63,884 nt of DNA, filler included, from Octopus bimaculoides (GCF_001194135.2; 5 parts of 5 records of this genome joined end to end with filler, not necessarily neighbours in it), one strand, 5' to 3'. Positions 13,371 through 25,644 are shown, counted from the first letter of the whole stretch. Translations and numbers: made by a program. Notes: a model not told the origin generated them from the sequence alone.

Positions 13371-15075
13371 GTAGGTTGAGTTTTGTTACTGTATCAAACT
13401 GTTGTTAAGAATCATCTAGCGTTCGTCTCTGTATTGTTTGTAGGAAAGTCCTGAACATCGTAACTTTCTATAATATAACTTTAAGAAAAGAAAAACGCCA
13501 TAACATTTAGTACTTTTCCATCGAATGCTAATAAGTCAATCATTTATTATTAAATGACCACATGAATATATTTATGAAGTAATATATAACATTTTATATT
13601 TCGTGATTTCGTAGGTTTATTTTTCTTAGAGTTATAACACAAGTTTTTTTATTGGATTTTTATTTGGATCGCTTTATTTAAAGTTGATTTCAATACGTTA
13701 AAAGATACTGCTAGACAACATAACACATTGTTGACAGAAGACAAAATACTATGAGCTCTGCTGTTAACAGAGTTGCATTACTGACATTGTCATCGGTTTA
13801 GACCTTACAATCAGAATACATGTCATATTGTCTGAAGATTAACCGCCCGTAATAAGTAAGACCCTTCTAAGTTTTTCACATTGTGAGAAAACGCTACCAA
13901 CTTCAAAAGAAAGTCTTTGTGGACACGGCTGTAACCGATGTAGGGTTGATAACTCCGCCTCTCCAATAGAGTTTCGTTCCGGAAATACTTTGCTTACAAA
14001 ATTAACTGACCATGGCATTTTCCTCGTTGTAGAGAGAATATATGCATCTGGTCATTTGAAACTGAAGAGTCACCTCTACAGCTAAGCGTTTTATAGATGT
14101 GAAACCAATGGTCACTCTCTGATCGACCATTACAACCTTCTGAATATGTATGTGTGTGTGTGTGTGTGTGTATGTGTGTGTGTGTGTGTGCGTGTGCATG
14201 CGTGCATGTACGTATGTATATGTGTGTGTATTTGTATGTATGTATGTATGTATGTATGTATGTATGTATGTACGTATGTACGTATAGAAATTAATATATG
14301 TAACCTCGAAAGGATTATGCCTGTCTTCTTTCTAATACAGAAATTAGCACTATAATAAAATAGAAGGTCGATTCCACTGTTTTCCACCAAAGCTTTTGAA
14401 GACACTGCAAAAGTGTTGTTTACGTTGACACCCAAACGCTTTGAATCAGAGGCAGAGGATATTTGTGACACTTGAGACGAAATGCTAGGAAATATAACCT
14501 GAGAAGGAACTTGTGTACTAAGGAAAATAATGAATATTTTACATATTAATCCTTATTCAGCTTATAGAATTAGTGCTTTAAGTCGTAAGGCATAAATAAC
14601 TCTTGTCTGTATATTGTGTCCCAAACGGTTTTAGAGTAGTGTTTAAAATGTGAATGTGAGCATGGCTTGCCATTCTCCCCAAATTTAGATCATGCAATAC
14701 AAACTTACTTGATATAATTGCCTCTCTCAAAAATCTCTACAATGTCATATCCTTTTTATAGGTTTATACACACATTTTGAATTACAACTTTGAAATACGT
14801 AAGCAAAAAACCGACCTGAGAAAATGTATGAGTTTATGGATAGGATAGATTTAGTGGCAGTTATTCCTTCAAATATAATCCACAATGTTTAAAATGAACA
14901 CTTCAGACAATTTACTCCTAGATACACTTTATATGCAAAAAGAGAAACCGGTTGATCATGGCTGAAAAACTAATTATATATCTAGTAACAAATACGACAA
15001 CCTACAGACGATATTTGAATTCTCTACAAAGTAATCAGTTTTACTTTTGACTATAAAGTATGTTTATTTTCACAG

Positions 15076-15306
15076 TGGGACCTGGTGTGTAACAGACTAG
15101 GATTGGCAGAATTAACTCAGACTTTGTACACTGTTGGTCAAATTGTCAGTGGTTTGTTAGGACCATGTTTGATTGAAAAAGTCGGACGTAAACCTGTGAG
15201 AGTGTTAAGTCACGTGTTGATGTTAGTCTTCAACTTAATCGCCTCATTTTCTCCGTCTTACTGGTTGTTTGCGGCAATGAAATTTTTGACTGGAGGATTT
15301 CGTGAG
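15076..15306 (+). CDS. SLC22-like gene A, exon 3 (WDLVC, TM2-4)
   Basis: TTTTCACAG/GTAATG; WDLVCNRL...EKVGRKP... contains the SLC22 WDLVC motif and MFS motif A. Confidence 0.95.
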
Positions 15307-15377
15307 GTAATGCTTTATACATCTTCTTTCCAAACATACACACACACATACACACACGCACGCGCGCATACATATTT

Positions 15378-15431
<54 letters not shown>

Positions 15432-15659
15432 CAAGCATACATATATGAGATAAATATAGTACCGTCTTTTCAACACCAGTGTGTGAATGATAAGGAGGTG
15501 TAGATCCGAATTGCAAAAACTCGATAGAAAACATACATATGTATTAGTTGAGAATATACAGATGTTGTTAAAAAATTATCGTCCTTTTATAAGTACGAAG
15601 AAATTTGTAAACCTTAGTGACGAGTTATCTGCGAAAGAAATCATTATTCCATAACATAT

Positions 15660-16150
15660 ATGTACTAATACAGTTCTGTATTTAAGAGATGAGGAATTAT
15701 GTACATTATTTACATTTGACGGATATTTGTCTTCATCTTGTTTGTTGTTAACACAACGTTTCGACTGATATACCCTCCAGCCTTCATCAAGTGTCTTGGG
15801 GAAATTTCGAACCTGGGTTCTCATTTCTAAGGTATTTTTCGATGTTACCTTTATTATAATCGAACTTAGAATCTTGGGGTTAGTAGCCCGCGCTCTTAAC
15901 CACTACACCATATGCCCATGGGCAATTATGGAGTGAATTTTAGGGCTTATAAATCTAATATTTTCCTATCCTTCCTGAATACCGGTTCCCATATGCTACG
16001 CATATCTGCACTCGGTCTGCTTAGGAGGTTGTTGTATCCTAGCATGTGTGCTGCCTCTTTTAGTTTTCGTATTTTCCAGTGGTGTTCTCTATCTATTATA
16101 CGTACTGTCAACCAACGTATAGTGTAAAACACTATGGGCTCATTTGACCT
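15660..16150 (-). mobile_element. Penelope-like 3' fragment
   Basis: WLTVRIIDREHHWKIRKLKEAAHM...SRPS GIY-YIG C-terminus, followed by a hammerhead-bearing segment. Confidence 0.7.
15750..15795 (-). ncRNA. Minimal type-I hammerhead ribozyme motif (C3U variant)
   Basis: GACAC-TTGATGA-A-GGCTG(gagggtatat)CAGTC-GAAA-CGT-T-GTGTT. Confidence 0.6.
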
Positions 16151-16775
16151 TCAACTCTCTAAATATAATATGTTAACTTGATATATAACATTGGCTCTGA
16201 GAAATGATGTTTCACAGTAATATTTCAATACTATTTAATAGCTATTGGAGACATAAGCAAGAGTGCATTTTACACAAGAAGCCAATCTGGGTTTTTCTCA
16301 TCGTAACTTCCGCAATATAATTTATTCTAAGGGAACATCAGCGATTCAGTGGGGACAAATTAATACCTCACGGTATCAATACTGCCTCTCTTGCTAATTT
16401 GCATTAGTTAACAAGGTCAATGGTTAATCGCGACACCAGCACCTGTTCTGACATTTTTTTCCATATACCGCTGGTAGGGAGACGAATTGCTGCTATCTCT
16501 AACTGACGAGCTTTCATCATTGACATGACCAAGGAAGTTCAAAATCACGTGTTCTGGTGTGTCACGCAAGTAATGAAAACAAGAGTGCATTTTCCACCAA
16601 AAACGAATATGAGTGTTTTTCTCATGGCGACTTGTGTTGTATAATTTGTTCTAACTGAAAATCCACGTTTAAGTGGGGATAGATATTACCTCTTAATATA
16701 TTTATTGTCGGAGAAGACATATCAACTATCTGCAATAGTTTATCGTCATTCAATGTCCTTTTCTTTTCTTTTCAG

Positions 16776-16978
16776 ATATACTTTCTTAGCTCTGTTACTT
16801 TGATTTGCGAACTATACCCGAAAGAGAAACGTATCATTATGTCTGGTATATTTATGGGTTGTTGGGGATTCTATAATTCTACTCTAGGTTTGATAGCCTA
16901 TTTGTTGAAGGATTACGGTTGGAATACGTTATTTTTGTTTAATGTTGTCATCTCAGGATATTTCCTAGTGGATTACTT
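16776..16978 (+). CDS. SLC22-like gene A, exon 4 (TM4-6)
   Basis: Pyrimidine tract + CAG, GTAAGT donor; IYFLSSVTLICELYPKEKR...AYLLKDYGWNTL; phases 0 to 2. Confidence 0.95.
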
Positions 16979-17016
16979 GTAAGTATCATTTTTTACATGT
17001 CACACACACACGCACG

Positions 17017-17049
<33 letters not shown>

Positions 17050-17407
17050 NNNNNNNNNNNNNNNNNNNNNNNNNNNNNNNNNNNNNNNNNNNNNNNNNNN
17101 NNNNNNNNNNNNNNNNNNNNNNNNNNNNNNNNNNNNNNNNNNNNNNNNNNNNNNNNNNNNNNNNNNNNNNNNNNNNNNNNNNNNNNNNNNNNNNNNNNNN
17201 NNNNNNNNNNNNNNNNNNNNNNNNNNNNNNNNNNNNNNNNNNNNNNNNNNNNNNNNNNNNNNNNNNNNNNNNNNNNNNNNNNNNNNNNNNNNNNNNNNNN
17301 NNNNNNNNNNNNNNNNNNNNNNNNNNNNNNNNNNNNNNNNNNNNNNNNNNNNNNNNNNNNNNNNNNNNNNNNNNNNTATTAGTATAACGCTCAGGAATCG
17401 AAAAAGT

Positions 17408-17443
17408 CTTTAACGTTTCGAGCCTACGCTCTTCCACAGAAAG
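17408..17443 (-). ncRNA. Minimal type-I hammerhead motif (A6U variant)
   Basis: CTTT-CTGTGGA-A-GAGC(GTAG)GCTC-GAAA-CGT-T-AAAG. Confidence 0.55.
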
Positions 17444-17759
17444 AAACAAGGAGAGACATAAAGTTCAAAAAGTTCAAAGGCTTCTGGCATCGTGGTGTAT
17501 TGGAGCGATTTCTCATCAACTGAAGAGTCCAGAGTAATCCATAGGCAGGAGAGGTGCAGCCGGAGTGTAGAAAGTCCAGTGGAGAAGTTCATGGGTGATG
17601 AGAGGAGACAGGATCAACTGGTGCGATCACGTGAGCGTGTGATATATCTAGGAAGAATTCACAAAAAAAAAAGACGAAGACAGGTAGTGTAGAAAACAAA
17701 CAGATGTATTAGTATAACGCTCAGGAATCGAAAAAGTCTTTAACGTTTCGAGGTAAGTT

Positions 17760-19980
17760 TATTTATAAAAATTAACACAAATAAAATATTAAACAATAAA
17801 AATCCCCAAATGGAAGGACATTCACCCAAGGGCAACAAAGGAACCCCACATATCCTGGATAATCCGATTTCTAAATGTACTTCACGAAGGTAGTACTCCT
17901 CTTCATTCTCCCCAGCCTACAGCTGCATGCTCAGAGTAGACCCATTCACAAGGGCAATCCCCGCCACATTCAACTATCTTTCAATAAAAATACTGTGGGT
18001 AGTGCTTTCCACTACACCTTACTTTCTTTTACAGAGTAAAACGCTTATGAGCGGTTGACCGAAGAGGAAAATAACTTCTTCCAGTCCTTCCAATCTCGTC
18101 TACCACACTATCTTTTCGCCATAGCGCTCAGACAGAGGAAAACTGCCTGCCCGTCCCGGTCTAAAGAAAGCAGGGAGGTAGTCCTCACGGTGGACCCAGC
18201 GGGTACCCAAATCTGCTCTACAAGCGACAACAGCGGTTCGACAAAGTTCCACACGTCAGCAGAAGTTCCACGTTCCCAGACACTAGACAAATGTATGCAA
18301 GCACTTCTGCACCTGTAGGGCTTATCTCGAACCGACATAGCACATTGCTAGACCAGAAATTCCTGGAAATTTTCCATAGGCTTCTGGAAAAGACCAGCCA
18401 GTTGATTTGCCCCAACGCCCAGAGATCCTCTGAATACGTCGTTACTGCTGCCCGCCACTAATTCCCTATCGAACTACAAGGTAGAACTTTCACCAACTGC
18501 ATTGCCCGACTGGTAGAGGGCTGTGAGTGGTTGGCAACACTCGTGGTGCCGAGGTCCCTGACCCGTTCTATTCTTGATCCAGGACTAAAGGTGCGTTTAC
18601 TGAGACGGACTGCAAAAATTCCTTTCTGACAAATAGCGATTACAACAGCTCACCGTCAAGGAATCGCTGAAGATGTCACAGCCTCAGCGCATAATTGGCC
18701 ACACCATGCCCATCCTCCACGCAGCTGCTGTGACATCAAATAGACCGTCTGACAAGCGGAACCCGTCTTTTCCACATAAAGCAGAAGAGTAAGCACTCCA
18801 GTTTGATTTGCATTGGAGTAGGACATGGGACGATGGTCCGGCGGTAGCAGATGATGGAGGCGATGCATGCGTTCACCACCTTTTTAGGGACAGTTTCCTC
18901 TCGCCCTATTTTTGGTTGGAGCTGGCCTGACTTCTAGTCACCTCCACTCAGTTCTAGTCCACCTGGCGGTTCGGATCAAAACAGACACCGACAAATTTAA
19001 CAAATATTCCCCTCAAGCTCTCAACGACGTTCTTGGGTGGCATGAACTTGCCTCTACTAGTGCCGAGTTGCGGGGCCCACCGACGTTTCCTGCTGAATCT
19101 TCTCTACTGTCACCACTTCTCATTCGCTTATAGCAGTTCCGATCACCACGAATTCCGAGATGTTCGGTACATTTGCGGTATGTCGTCCGCATAAACCGAG
19201 ACAAGGTCTTCCGCCATATAGTTCATGAGCAATGTCCCCCCGAAACATCCAGCTTCTGAAGCAGTCTCTAAGAGCTTGACACGCCGTGAAAGATACGTTC
19301 AGCTTCCAGTATCCTGGGCCCCGTTAGGCGAGGCGATCTAGATCGGCTGTAAAGTTTATTCATTTGTGATCTGTATAGAAGACTAAGAAGTGAGGGCAAC
19401 TTGTGCTACTTCCAACTATTTGTCTACAGTAAGACTCAATGTTGTACGACCAATTCCAAAATGGCGCATTCCGGAAATCTGTTCTATATCTGTCAGTCTG
19501 TTGGAACCGAGCAAATAATTTTGTTAAGCTTTTACACCACCCTCTCATATCAGGTCTATGCATATAGTTCACATGTGCATCTAAGATGTGTTTCAGCCGA
19601 CCACGAGTACTAAAGATGTCCCAAGTAAAAGCTCTAAGAAATCGGGCTATCAAGCATAGTCAGAGCATACACAGCGGTTAGTTTAAAAGCACAACCGTTG
19701 CTACAGTTTACACCTTGGCTCACCAACTAAACCTTCCGGGTCCCGTATCATGAGGCCTAGGCCTTTCCGGAAGAACAAGGCACCCCGCTACCCGTTCTGT
19801 ATCGAGTAAGAGATGCAAAGATCTCAAATTGACGAAAACGGGTGCGAAGTTGCGTGTGCTGGAAATCCTCACGGCTACTACATGTAAACACAGTACCCTG
19901 AGGTCATTATGGAGGTGGACTTGCTTCCAGGAGGACCCGCAGGCCACATGCATTTAAGTTACCTAGTCTTAAGGACGCTA
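17760..19980 (-). mobile_element. Degenerate Tx1/L1 ORF2 3' portion plus 3'UTR
   Basis: Broken - strand frames resembling the Tx1 C-terminus (DVWNFVEPLLS...DGQAVFLCLSAMAK). The 3'UTR at 17820-17870 resembles 52410-52470. Confidence 0.7.
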
Positions 19981-20114
19981 TGTTTACAGGAAACACTAGA
20001 AGAAAAGAGGTTACCAAACTTAAAGGCTTACTGGTAGGCACTGAGGTTCCTTGGGAAAAATCCATGAAGAAGCCTTATTAGAGGCCTGAACACTAATAGA
20101 TAATATACATATAT

Positions 20115-20163
<49 letters not shown>

Positions 20164-21012
20164 CTATTAGCGAAAAACTTGCAAGTTGTGAAATTAGCTA
20201 TTAGCAGCAAAAGCAGTCTCTGTAACGAATATTAATTAGTAAATCTAGCCTAAATTGGTTGTGTTGGTGAGAAGAAATTAGATTGCGGTGAACGTTCCAT
20301 GGCAAGTGTTATACTATATCGGCCTGGTTGATTTTCGGTCTGGCATTTGGTGCTTGGTTACCTACAGCTGATCATCCGCGATTTGCAGCTATAGCACGTG
20401 ATAGAGTTGTGCTATCGACCAGTTATGTTGGAAGTTCTGACAACAGCTATAGACTGCGCTTTTTGGTATTTGTTGTCTATGCGATATGATTTTTCGAGAC
20501 GTTCTACGCAATATAAAGCGTTTTAAACAATACACCTAATTTAGACTCGATTTGCGAATTAACATATATATTAGTGTATATTAATCAGATGGGATTAGCA
20601 GCAGTGTTCTGCATGGAACAACCTCGTTGAGGTGGTAACAACCGTTACTATTCAGTAGAGTTACTATTTGCATCTCGTATAGAGGCTTTATAAGTAGCTA
20701 CTTTGTTGGATGTAAGATAAGCGGCTGCGTTGCTTATTTATTTATGTATTGCAAACTAGGACGAACGACTACCGTGTCCAGCAAACAGGTATAAATAGTA
20801 TCAACGAGGGGTTATACTCAGAAACTAACTAGTCTATTGGTTCCTCTCACTGCTTGATGTTCGATCCCGTGTTTGCAATATAACAGACACAGATAGTTTG
20901 TTGTTACCAGCAGCAGGAGATGTCCTCCTAGGGTTAAAAAGAGTAGTAAGTGTTCTGTATGGAACAACCTCATTGCGGTAGTATATATATATATATATAT
21001 ATNNNNNNNNNN

Positions 21013-23205
21013 GTGCGTACTATATACGAGGTTAAAATGAAAAATATTTTCTAAGCAATGTCCAAGTCTCTATTTGCTGTCTGGCAATGTTTATTCAGAC
21101 GCATTTTGTGAAGTCGGGCGTGAAAATACCTTAAGCTAAGCCTGAAAGCAATGAAGTCATAAAAGAATCATACATAACTTGCAATAAGCAACGTTTATTA
21201 AAATAAAAGTATTCAGAACACAGAATAACATGTAACAAAAACAATTTGCAAACATATTTACATTCCCATATTACAGTTAAGAACATCACCATTATTGTAT
21301 TACGCATGCGTGGAAGTGTTTGTTTGACTAGGTGCTGCTGGCTTAATTACGCACGAATTGTTCTTAATAGTTTAGCGCTAAATAGTTCATCCTGCTGTTT
21401 GCATTGGCAGTTTGCATCATTACCGTGGCAAATAATAGATACTTAATTAAATACCAGTATTAAATATTTGAACTACTGTGGGTCTTTACTAGGGTTTTTT
21501 ATAAGCGGGATTTAAACCTGTACATTAATCTCCAATAAAACATTTAATACATTACATGCCCATAAAATGCATCGTAGATCTTAATCAGCTATGTTTAAAC
21601 TTGAAGTTATATCATATGCTGAAGAGCATGGTAATAGGGCCGCCGGAAGAAAATTTGATGTTGGTGAAAGCAATGTCAGGTTATGGAGGAGAAATAAAGA
21701 CGAAATTAAACAGATGCCAAAGATAAAGAAGGCAAGAAGGGGGGGAAAAAGCCAAACATCCTAAGCTTGAAAAAATTTTGCTTGAATGGGTAGAGGGAAG
21801 ATTTGGTGGAATAGCCATTAATACAGTAGATTTGAGGCTACAGGCAAAACTCATTGCTAAAAAGATAAAACTTAATGAGTCAGAATTTAAAGCATCACGT
21901 GGCTGGGCCAGTAATTTCATGTCAAGGCATGACATGTCTGTTAGGAGGCGAACCCACATTTCACAAAAGTTACCAGCTGATATTGAAGAGAAGTTAATGA
22001 ACTTTCAAAAGTTTATTATTAAAATGCGACGGGAAAAGGATTACCCATTGTCATTGATCGGTAATGCGGACCAGACCCCATTAACTTTTGATATGCCTGC
22101 AGATAGCACAATAGATTTCAGTGGTACATCGTCAATTACAATTAAAACCGCGGGCCATGAAAAAAATCGTTTTCCATCATGTTAGCTTGTATGGATGACG
22201 GTACCAAACTTAAACCTTATATAATATTCAAACGTAAAACAGCACCCCAAAAAAACGTGGAATTTCCAACAGGGATTATTGTTAGATATCAACAAAAAGG
22301 CTGGATGGATGATGAGTTATTTAGAGATTGGATTGACACTGTATGGGGAAATTGTCCTGGTGGAGCAATTAAACAGAACAACTTGCTTGTACTAGATGCT
22401 TTTAGATGCTACAGAAGTGAAGATAAACTCAAGCATTTAAAAAAATGTCACAAAACATGTTGCTACCATTCCAGAGGGTATGACCGCCATATTGCAGCCA
22501 TTAGATGTCTCTATTAACAAACCGATTAAAAACAAATTGCATGATTTATGGACTGAATGGATGTCGATTGGAGAAAGGTGGAAGGGTTCGCGCTCCCGAC
22601 CTGACTTTGATATGCAAATGGATTGTGTATGCATGGAATGAACTTGATCCCCAGATTATTGTGAAATGTTTTACCAAATGTTGTATATCGTCTGCACTGG
22701 ATGGTACTCAGGATGACGTTGTAAGGAAAGATGAAATGAATGAAAGTGAATCTTCTGATGTTGACTATGAATCTGACGATGACGGAGATTTACACTACAA
22801 TGAAGCTGACATGTATTCGGAAGAACAAATTTGATGCTGAAAGTGACGTTAAGTTTGAAAGATTTGAATAAATGTTTTTGCTTTTGCTTTTGTAACTGAT
22901 AGTGATAAATATGTAAAGACAATTTGCTTAATATTTATTTTTCACTGACGTTATTACTGTTATTTCTTTATTTTCTGCAAAGTGCACAAAAAAGCAACAC
23001 GTTTGCATTATGTTATATATATAATAATAATAAAGGACGTTACCGTATATGTGTTTACAAACCAAGGGTGTTATATAGACCTCTTTGACTCAAGTTAGAG
23101 AAGGAGTGCGTATTATGCACAAAGTTTAGGTTTTTCAGAGGTACAGCCCCCTAAAAATCCCCTGCGTATTATACACAAGGGCGGACTATACTCGAGGATT
23201 AACGG
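21013..23205 (+). mobile_element. pogo-superfamily DNA transposon (POGK/Passer-like); left end lost in gap
   Basis: Right end ...GGACTATACTCGAGGATTAACGG|TA with repeated TGCGTATTAT subterminal motifs; transposase inside. Confidence 0.9.
21556..22834 (+). pseudogene. pogo transposase (Brinker-like DBD, CENP-B/Tc5 HTH, DDE_1), frameshifted
   Basis: FKLEVISYAEEHGNRAAGRKF; FKASRGWASNFMSRH; IGNADQTP; KGWMDD; LVLDAF...LQPLDV. Several frameshifts. Confidence 0.92.
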
Positions 23206-23258
23206 TATATATGTGCGTGTGTGTTTGTGTGTATGTATGTATACACACACACGCACAC

Positions 23259-23310
<52 letters not shown>

Positions 23311-23340
23311 TAGCTCATATTTATGTCTTTATGTTTGTAG

Positions 23341-23676
23341 CTTCCTGAAGGAATCTATTCGGTGGCTCTTCGCCAATTCAAAAGTAAAATCAGCGAAGAG
23401 AATTATCAGGAACGCAGCAAAACAAAACAATATAGACTTTGATAGTGTCTGGAATATAACTTTGAAAGATACCTCAGTACAACACGCTGATGGTCACATG
23501 AACGAAACCAGTCTTGAATATCGAATGAGCGACTCCAGTGTTCAACAAGGTGTCACAACTGGTGTCAAACATACGCAAGCACAAACTAAAGAAGAATCCG
23601 CATTATTTGCCAATATACTCACTGTCTTTAAGTCACCCTATCTGAGGAAAGTAACTATTGTGTTGTGCATAGAATG
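23341..23676 (+). CDS. SLC22-like gene A, exon 5 (central loop, start of TM7)
   Basis: TTTGTAG/GTAAGT; FLKESIRWL (PESPRWL-type motif)...SPYLRKVTIVLCIEW; phases 2 to 2. Confidence 0.95.
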
Positions 23677-23788
23677 GTAAGTTTCACTCTTTTATTGTTG
23701 ATACCATTTTACCAGTTACCATGAACACTTCAGAAAAGTAAACAACGATGTTGTTTTTTTGAACAAACTTATGTTGTGATCCAATTTA

Positions 23789-23833
<45 letters not shown>

Positions 23834-24269
23834 TTTTTACTTTAAAGGAACCGAAGGCGTGAACATTGTATTTCTAATGAGTATTAGTGAGTAAGTTAGA
23901 GGAAATAAGTTCAATGAAAAACCTTGTAAATGTTTTCTCTATATCTTTCGTTTTGTCATATGTTGTTTGTATATGCTCTGTTATTTCTCTTAATTCGTTT
24001 ATTGCTTTATTATCTTTAAGTTATCAATTAGTATTACATTATTTTAAATGCAATCATTTCTATATTACATTTGTTTTCTTGCGTTAATCATGAAAATATC
24101 CTCGTCAGTTAATACTGTTAATACTGTAAAGTTTTCATTGGTGCAATATTTCCTTAAGCATTAGCATTCATGATCAGAAATATCCATCAAACTTGTTGAC
24201 ATTAGGTTCGGTTATGAAACGTCCATGTTTCTCGAGTATGTTAACATATTTTGTTTCTTTAATTTATAG

Positions 24270-24404
24270 GGCTGTAAATATAGCCTCGTGGAACAGTATT
24301 TTTCAAATGATGGAAGTTCTTGCTGGTAACATCTATCTCAACTCTTTCATAATGTCTTTAATTGATGTATTTGCTATCGGGATTTACTCTGTGATAGCGA
24401 AAAG
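24270..24404 (+). CDS. SLC22-like gene A, exon 6 (TM7-8)
   Basis: TTTATAG/GTAATT; LAGNIYLNSFIMSLID is GN(I/L)YLN-type; phases 2 to 2. Confidence 0.93.
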
Positions 24405-25228
24405 GTAATTGATGTTCTCAATATTGTAATATTGGGAGCTATTATTTAATTACAGTGTTCTACATTCTGGATTTTATATCTCATAGGAGTAAAGTTTGCT
24501 TAAAGTTACTCCGAAATAGCTGGAGTTCTTACAGTCATAGAAAACTGATTAATCTGTAATACTTTAAGGACTTGTATTTTGTGTGACTAAATGAGTTTAC
24601 CATCACCCTAACTTTATCTACTTCTTTATAATTCCTGTTTAAAGAAAATTTTCTTTCTTTGTGCCGTTAATAGACTCACAAAATGCACTAGCGCCTCGTA
24701 CGAACAGAAATTTCAATATTTAATATTTGGAGTTTAAGTATTCTCTTGCCATAGTGTGTTAAGCAAAATTTTTTTTAAATCATAATATTGAAGTAAACCC
24801 CTCTGTGTTGGACATGACAGAAAAAAATGAAACAGAAAGATTTGAAGGAGAAAGAGCAAACATTTAGAAAGTAATTATAAAGAAGTAGATAAAGTAAAAC
24901 TAGAAGAGTATCACTAATAGAGGAGAAGGAAAAGATAAAATTACAGGCGAATGATATATTTCTCTCTCGTTATATTTTGTATAGATGAGGTAATATTATA
25001 GATAGTTATTGAATTTATAGATAGTTGAGCGAATTTCTTAAGCCGCATTTTACCTCTTTTCATGCTACTTGCGCACCTCTTAAAAAACTTCGTTGTGGCA
25101 TTTCGAATGGATTCATTAAATTCTAAGTGTGAGCTCATTTCGAATTCTGAAAGTATGTACCTACTTTAAAATTTTCCTTTTACACACAAGTTGAATTCGT
25201 ATAGCTGGATTTCTTTGACAATCTTCGA

Positions 25229-25281
<53 letters not shown>

Positions 25282-25337
25282 ATATATATAGTCACTTCAA
25301 ATAAACAATTTAGACAAAAAAAAAACAAAGGAGAGAG

Positions 25338-25370
25338 TTTGACGTTTCGAACAGAGTTCTTCGTCGGAAA
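25338..25370 (-). ncRNA. Minimal type-I hammerhead motif (U4C variant)
   Basis: TTT-CCGACGA-A-GAAC(TCT)GTTC-GAAA-CGT-C-AAA. Confidence 0.6.
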
Positions 25371-25497
25371 GGAGAAAGGTAAAAGGCCAAAGGAAAAGAA
25401 ATCGCTAACAGCACTGTGTGGTTATACTACTGACATATATATGTGTATGTGTGTGAGCGTGAGGTTTGTGTGTGTGTATACATACAGAGACAGGCAG

Positions 25498-25536
<39 letters not shown>

Positions 25537-25558
25537 AACAACAGTTTTTCTTTCTTAG

Positions 25559-25644
25559 GTTTGGTCACAAAATATCACTACAAAGCATGAAGACACTTGC
25601 TGCTATGTCAGTCATCTCTGCATCCCTGATAAAGATATTCGCAG
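25559..25644 (+). CDS. SLC22-like gene A, exon 7 (TM9)
   Basis: TTTCTTAG/GTAATA; RFGHK (loop 8-9 RxGRR equivalent) then hydrophobic helix; phases 2 to 1. Confidence 0.88.
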
